A stretch of DNA of 64,000 nucleotides from a virus. Made by a program: the position numbers and the translations under genes. The notes beneath the pieces are model-generated. The model was not told the origin of the DNA and did no database searches. It saw only the letters and a list, made by a program, of their open reading frames with translations. Positions 60,714-64,000 of the stretch are shown piece by piece (positions within the stretch are counted from its first letter, which is position 1; the number at the start of each line of letters is the position of its first letter). The stretch lies in IMG/VR virus record IMGVR_UViG_3300033146_002242, positions 1-64,000 of that record; one strand, written 5' to 3'.

Positions 60714-60977
60714 ATGGAATGGATTGATGTAAAATCAAAATTGCCTATGGAAGAATTAAAAGGTCAAAAAGTTATTGATCGTTATATGGTTACTGTTTAT
60801 CCAAAAGATATGGATCCTGTTGAAGGTCCAAGAGTATTGATTTTATGGTTTTCAGCAGAAAATATGGAATTTTCAACTGAACCTGGTGGGTTTAAATATG
60901 AAAAAATGCACGATCATTTTGTATCACATTGGGCAGAATTACCGTGTCCAGCTAAATTAAATAATGAAAAAAATTAG
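60714..60977 (+). CDS. DUF551-like phage protein
   Basis: MEWIDVKSKLP..VSHWAELP. Confidence 0.7.
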   Translation: MEWIDVKSKLPMEELKGQKVIDRYMVTVYPKDMDPVEGPRVLILWFSAENMEFSTEPGGFKYEKMHDHFVSHWAELPCPAKLNNEKN

Positions 60978-61374
60978 AAGAAAAATTAAAAGATTAGATT
61001 TAGAAAATTGGCAAAAAATGGTATGTGAAATAAATGATAATGATTATGTAGGAATGAAAGAAATAACACCTATAATAAATAAAAATGGATGTTATTTAGA
61101 GGAAAATAAGTGTTGGTTTGAATATAGTGGCAGAGCATTTACATATAACAAGGAGGATTTTTTATACACATTGAAAATTCTATCGATGCCAAATTTTAGT
61201 GAATTACAAAAAAAATCATTAGAAGATTTTATAAAATATAATAAAAAAATTGCAAGTAAACATCAAAAAGAAATGTTATATATGATGAAACAAGAGGAAG
61301 ATTTGAAAAAAGCTATTAGAGATATAAAAAAAATAAAATTCAAAATAAAAAAGATAAAAAAGATGAAAAAATAA
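60964..61374 (+). CDS. Hypothetical Lys-rich protein
   Basis: 136-aa ORF. Confidence 0.55.
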   Translation: MKKIRRKIKRLDLENWQKMVCEINDNDYVGMKEITPIINKNGCYLEENKCWFEYSGRAFTYNKEDFLYTLKILSMPNFSELQKKSLEDFIKYNKKIASKHQKEMLYMMKQEEDLKKAIRDIKKIKFKIKKIKKMKK

Positions 61375-61389
61375 ATTAAATTGTAATAT

Positions 61390-61462
61390 GGGTCATTAGC
61401 TCAGTTGGTAGAGCAACTGACTTTTAATCAGTAGGTCCGGAGTTCGATTCTCCGATGACCCA
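61390..61462 (+). tRNA. trnK: tRNA-Lys(UUU)
   Basis: Cloverleaf, ACTGA-CTTTTAA-TCAGT. Confidence 0.93.
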
Positions 61463-61491
61463 TCATTTATTTATAAAAAGAGAGGTGTTTT

Positions 61492-61710
61492 ATGAAAATA
61501 CAAATTTGGCAGATATATTTACTGGTAGTATGCATTCAATTATTAACTTTTTTAATAATAAGTCATATAGCTCGAAAATATGGTTATCCTATAAAGACGT
61601 GGACACTGAGAGAATGGTCATTCGCTATTTTAATGACTTTTATATTTCCCATAGGGTGGTTAGAAATATTCAGAGCTTCTATATGGCCATTTCTTATTAA
61701 AGAAAGATAA
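61492..61710 (+). CDS. Small membrane protein (paralogue of 59884..60192)
   Basis: RKYGYPIKTWTLREW..IFPIG. Confidence 0.6.
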   Translation: MKIQIWQIYLLVVCIQLLTFLIISHIARKYGYPIKTWTLREWSFAILMTFIFPIGWLEIFRASIWPFLIKER

Positions 61711-61734
61711 ATATTTAAAATATTAATTTAATAA

Positions 61735-61823
61735 GGAGAGGTGGTCGAGTTGGTTTAAGGCACCGGTCTTGAAAACCGGCGAGGGTTTATAGCCTTCCGT
61801 GGGTTCGAATCCCACCCTCTCCG
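61735..61823 (+). tRNA. trnS: tRNA-Ser(UGA)
   Basis: CCGGT-CTTGAAA-ACCGG, long variable arm. Confidence 0.93.
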
Positions 61824-62094
61824 TCAAAATATTAATATTATTTAAAAAGGATTAATATGATAAATACAATTTTATTAGTAATATCTATAATTGGGTTATT
61901 GGTATTAATAGTGTTGGGTATTTTATTTATAATCGAGATAAATAAAATATTTAATCGAGGTATATCAAATGAAACAATCGAAAAAATATTAGATAGAAAA
62001 CCAATTTTTTGGATACCTCCATTTAATTAAAAAATTTACATTTGCATATTAAGTAAATATGACGATTTATACTTTTTATTTATAAATTTAATGT

Positions 62095-62168
62095 GTGGGT
62101 GTGGCCTAGTCTGGTAAGGCACCTGATTTGGGATCAGGAAATCGGAGGTTCAAATCCTCTCACCCGCA
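62095..62168 (+). tRNA. trnP: tRNA-Pro(UGG)
   Basis: CCTGA-TTTGGGA-TCAGG; acceptor GTGGGTG/CACCCGC. Confidence 0.9.
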
Positions 62169-62333
62169 TCAATTTTGTAATTTTTAAATTTGCACTATGA
62201 ACAATAGTGACAAATAGCAGAGGATTGTAAATGAGGAGATACAGATTGATATATATTATCATTAGTATATATTCCATAATAATTTATAAATATTACACAT
62301 TATACTAATGTGGCGGCTGGCGTTGGATTTAAT

Positions 62334-62570
62334 ATGATTATATATCGATGTGATAGATGTAATAAAAAAATGGATGAAGATGAGAATCGTAGAATTGAAG
62401 GATTTAATAAATTTTCATCTAATGATATTATGCATTTTACAATTTCAATAAAGCCAGATAATAAACATTTTTGTCATGATTGTATCAGGCTTATGGTAAT
62501 CAATGCATTAGAAGATCCCAACAATAATATATTATATGGGTGTAATACAAAATATATTAGTAATAAATAA
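62334..62570 (+). CDS. Small Zn-binding protein
   Basis: YRCDRCNKK..HFCHDC. Confidence 0.6.
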   Translation: MIIYRCDRCNKKMDEDENRRIEGFNKFSSNDIMHFTISIKPDNKHFCHDCIRLMVINALEDPNNNILYGCNTKYISNK

Positions 62571-62649
62571 ATTTATTTATGCATTACACATTTTAAATGT
62601 GACAATATAATATTGTATTATTTTTTAAAAAAAGTGAAAGGAGCTTTGT

Positions 62650-64000
62650 ATGAAGAAAGTTGTTGTGAGAAAATATAGATGTTGGGAGCCTTTGAATATG
62701 GGGCAGGATGTAATTACCCAGTTGTGGTTGCAAAATCAAATGTGGAATAAATTAGTAGAGATGGAACAAAATTTATATAAGAAGTATAGAGAAGTTATGT
62801 CTACTGATACAGCAGTAGCTGAAATTGAAGAAAAATTAACTCAAAATGATACTGCTATTAAAGCATATATGGAAGAAAGAAATGAAATAAGGAAAAAACT
62901 TAAAAAGAAGAAATGTGCTGAAACAGCATATTTTGATGAACAAATTAAAGAATTATCAGCAGAATCAAAAGAGCTTCGTAAGATAGCTCGGGAAAAAAGA
63001 AAAGAAGCAAAAGAAAAAGTTAAACCTTTACTTGATGAAATCAATCAAGAAAGAAAGGAAAGAAGAAAAAAAATATATCAAAATTCGGGGTTGTTTTGGG
63101 GTAATTATAACAGAGTCATGGCATCATTTGATATCGCTGTATCAAAATCGATGAAAACTGGCAGCACTTTACGTTTTCATCGATTTGATGGAACTGGAAT
63201 TTTTAAAAATTTCTTGTCCCCCGGCCGAACAAATGATGACATGTTAAATGGAAAGTTAAGTTACTTACATTTACAGGACATTCCTGCTGAGTCATTTAAT
63301 GATTATATCGGTAGAAATAATCCATGTAAAATGGTTCTCGGTAGTCGTAGAGAAAGATCACGAAAATATGGGCTTCTCAAATTCACGATTTATCGAGGAA
63401 AAGATGAAGAAGGAAATAGAATAAATAGAATGTTAGAAATGCCAGTGCTGCTTCACCGTCCATTGCCAGATGATGAAGATTTATTAATTAAAGAAGCCGT
63501 TGTACGGCGGGAGTGTGTATCACCCGGTGAATATAGATGGTTTTTTATATTAACATATGTTGGTGGTGAATTTCAGCCAGTTCAACATGTTAATACTGGT
63601 AGTGTTGCTGGTATTAACATGGGTTGGAAAACTGTCAATAATAATACATTGCGAATTGCTACTTTGGTGTCGGATAAAGAAACAGTACATTTCATTCTAC
63701 CAGAAAAAATTATGAAAACATATGATTATTTAAATCAATTAAAATCGGAAGTCGATAGCATGATTAACCATGCTATTGCTAGAATAAAAGAGATTATGAA
63801 AGATGATGATGAACTTCCTGAATCAATGGGAGTTTATTTAACCAGAATAACAAAGGCCAAACGGCCGCGATATGATTTATTAGAGAAAATGATGTGGGTA
63901 TGGGATAAAGAATTGTCATATAAACCAGAAGAATTTTCTGAGGCAAAGGCTCATTTTGATTATCTTAATCGTGTTTTATCTGAGATGAATAATTTGAGAG
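62650..64000 (+). CDS. cas12m: Cas12m-like (type V-M/V-U1) effector with non-catalytic RuvC-I, 3'-truncated by window edge (450 codons visible)
   Basis: Manual translation from AAAGGAG/ATG 62650: QLWLQNQMWNKLVEME, long coiled coil, GLFWGNYNRV, LRFHRFDGTG, LEMPVLLHRPLPDD, VAGINMGWK; parallels recalled MmCas12m LYWATFNAV, LRHHRWDGTG, IDVPVQQHRMLPAD, IAVHLGWR. Confidence 0.8.
   Translation, partial: MKKVVVRKYRCWEPLNMGQDVITQLWLQNQMWNKLVEMEQNLYKKYREVMSTDTAVAEIEEKLTQNDTAIKAYMEERNEIRKKLKKKKCAETAYFDEQIKELSAESKELRKIAREKRKEAKEKVKPLLDEINQERKERRKKIYQNSGLFWGNYNRVMASFDIAVSKSMKTGSTLRFHRFDGTGIFKNFLSPGRTNDDMLNGKLSYLHLQDIPAESFNDYIGRNNPCKMVLGSRRERSRKYGLLKFTIYRGKDEEGNRINRMLEMPVLLHRPLPDDEDLLIKEAVVRRECVSPGEYRWFFILTYVGGEFQPVQHVNTGSVAGINMGWKTVNNNTLRIATLVSDKETVHFILPEKIMKTYDYLNQLKSEVDSMINHAIARIKEIMKDDDELPESMGVYLTRITKAKRPRYDLLEKMMWVWDKELSYKPEEFSEAKAHFDYLNRVLSEMNNLR

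Larger units (their letters stand above)
62041..62603 (+). CRISPR. Four dispersed CRISPR-repeat-like hairpins upstream of the cas12m-like gene
   Basis: TTG-CATATT-AAGTA-AATATG-AC (62042-62063), TTG-CACTAT-GAACA-ATAGTG-AC (62190-62211), TTA-CACATT-ATACT-AATGTG-GC (62293-62314), TTA-CACATT-TTA-AATGTG-AC (62584-62603); same architecture as the 52.8-53.4 kb repeats. Confidence 0.55.

Noticed and set aside
62841-63044. Minus-strand 67-aa ORF in the track
   Set aside because: Antisense shadow of the Lys/Glu-rich coiled coil of the Cas12m-like ORF
1-64000. Stop-codon reassignment (code 15/4) as in some large phages
   Set aside because: Long conserved genes are intact under the standard code, all three stops end genes, and no suppressor tRNA is seen

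Overview
Very AT-rich segment of a jumbo (myovirus-like) bacteriophage genome read with the standard genetic code. The left ~34 kb is a mostly leftward core block: class II ribonucleotide reductase, an AR9/phiKZ-type multisubunit RNA polymerase beta'-N subunit ending in an N-terminal split-intein half, a sigma-like promoter-specificity subunit, amidase, gp5-like baseplate spike, RecA/UvsX, RuvC, a Tad1 anti-Thoeris sponge, 5'-3' exonuclease, sliding clamp, primase and clamp loader. A 1.86-kb non-coding strand-switch region (candidate origin) follows. The rightward block has a NUDIX enzyme, an actin-like ATPase, eight glycosyltransferases, a QueC-like protein, an AEP polymerase, a degenerate type V-like CRISPR array, an HNH nuclease and five tRNAs (tRNA-Leu(UAA) carries a group I intron). 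It also holds a duplicated structured ncRNA and, running off the right edge, an ORF missing from the track (62650->64000) that aligns with Cas12m (type V-M/V-U1) and has Asn at the RuvC-I catalytic position. Best candidates for new biology: (1) a nuclease-dead Cas12m-like effector with structure-conserved but sequence-divergent repeats, some interleaved with tRNA-Pro; (2) dispersed and tandem H-type pseudoknot RNAs resembling the type III antitoxin CptI; (3) a naturally split intein at the RNAP catalytic NADFDGD motif. All family assignments come from motif recognition and recalled sequences; no database search was run.
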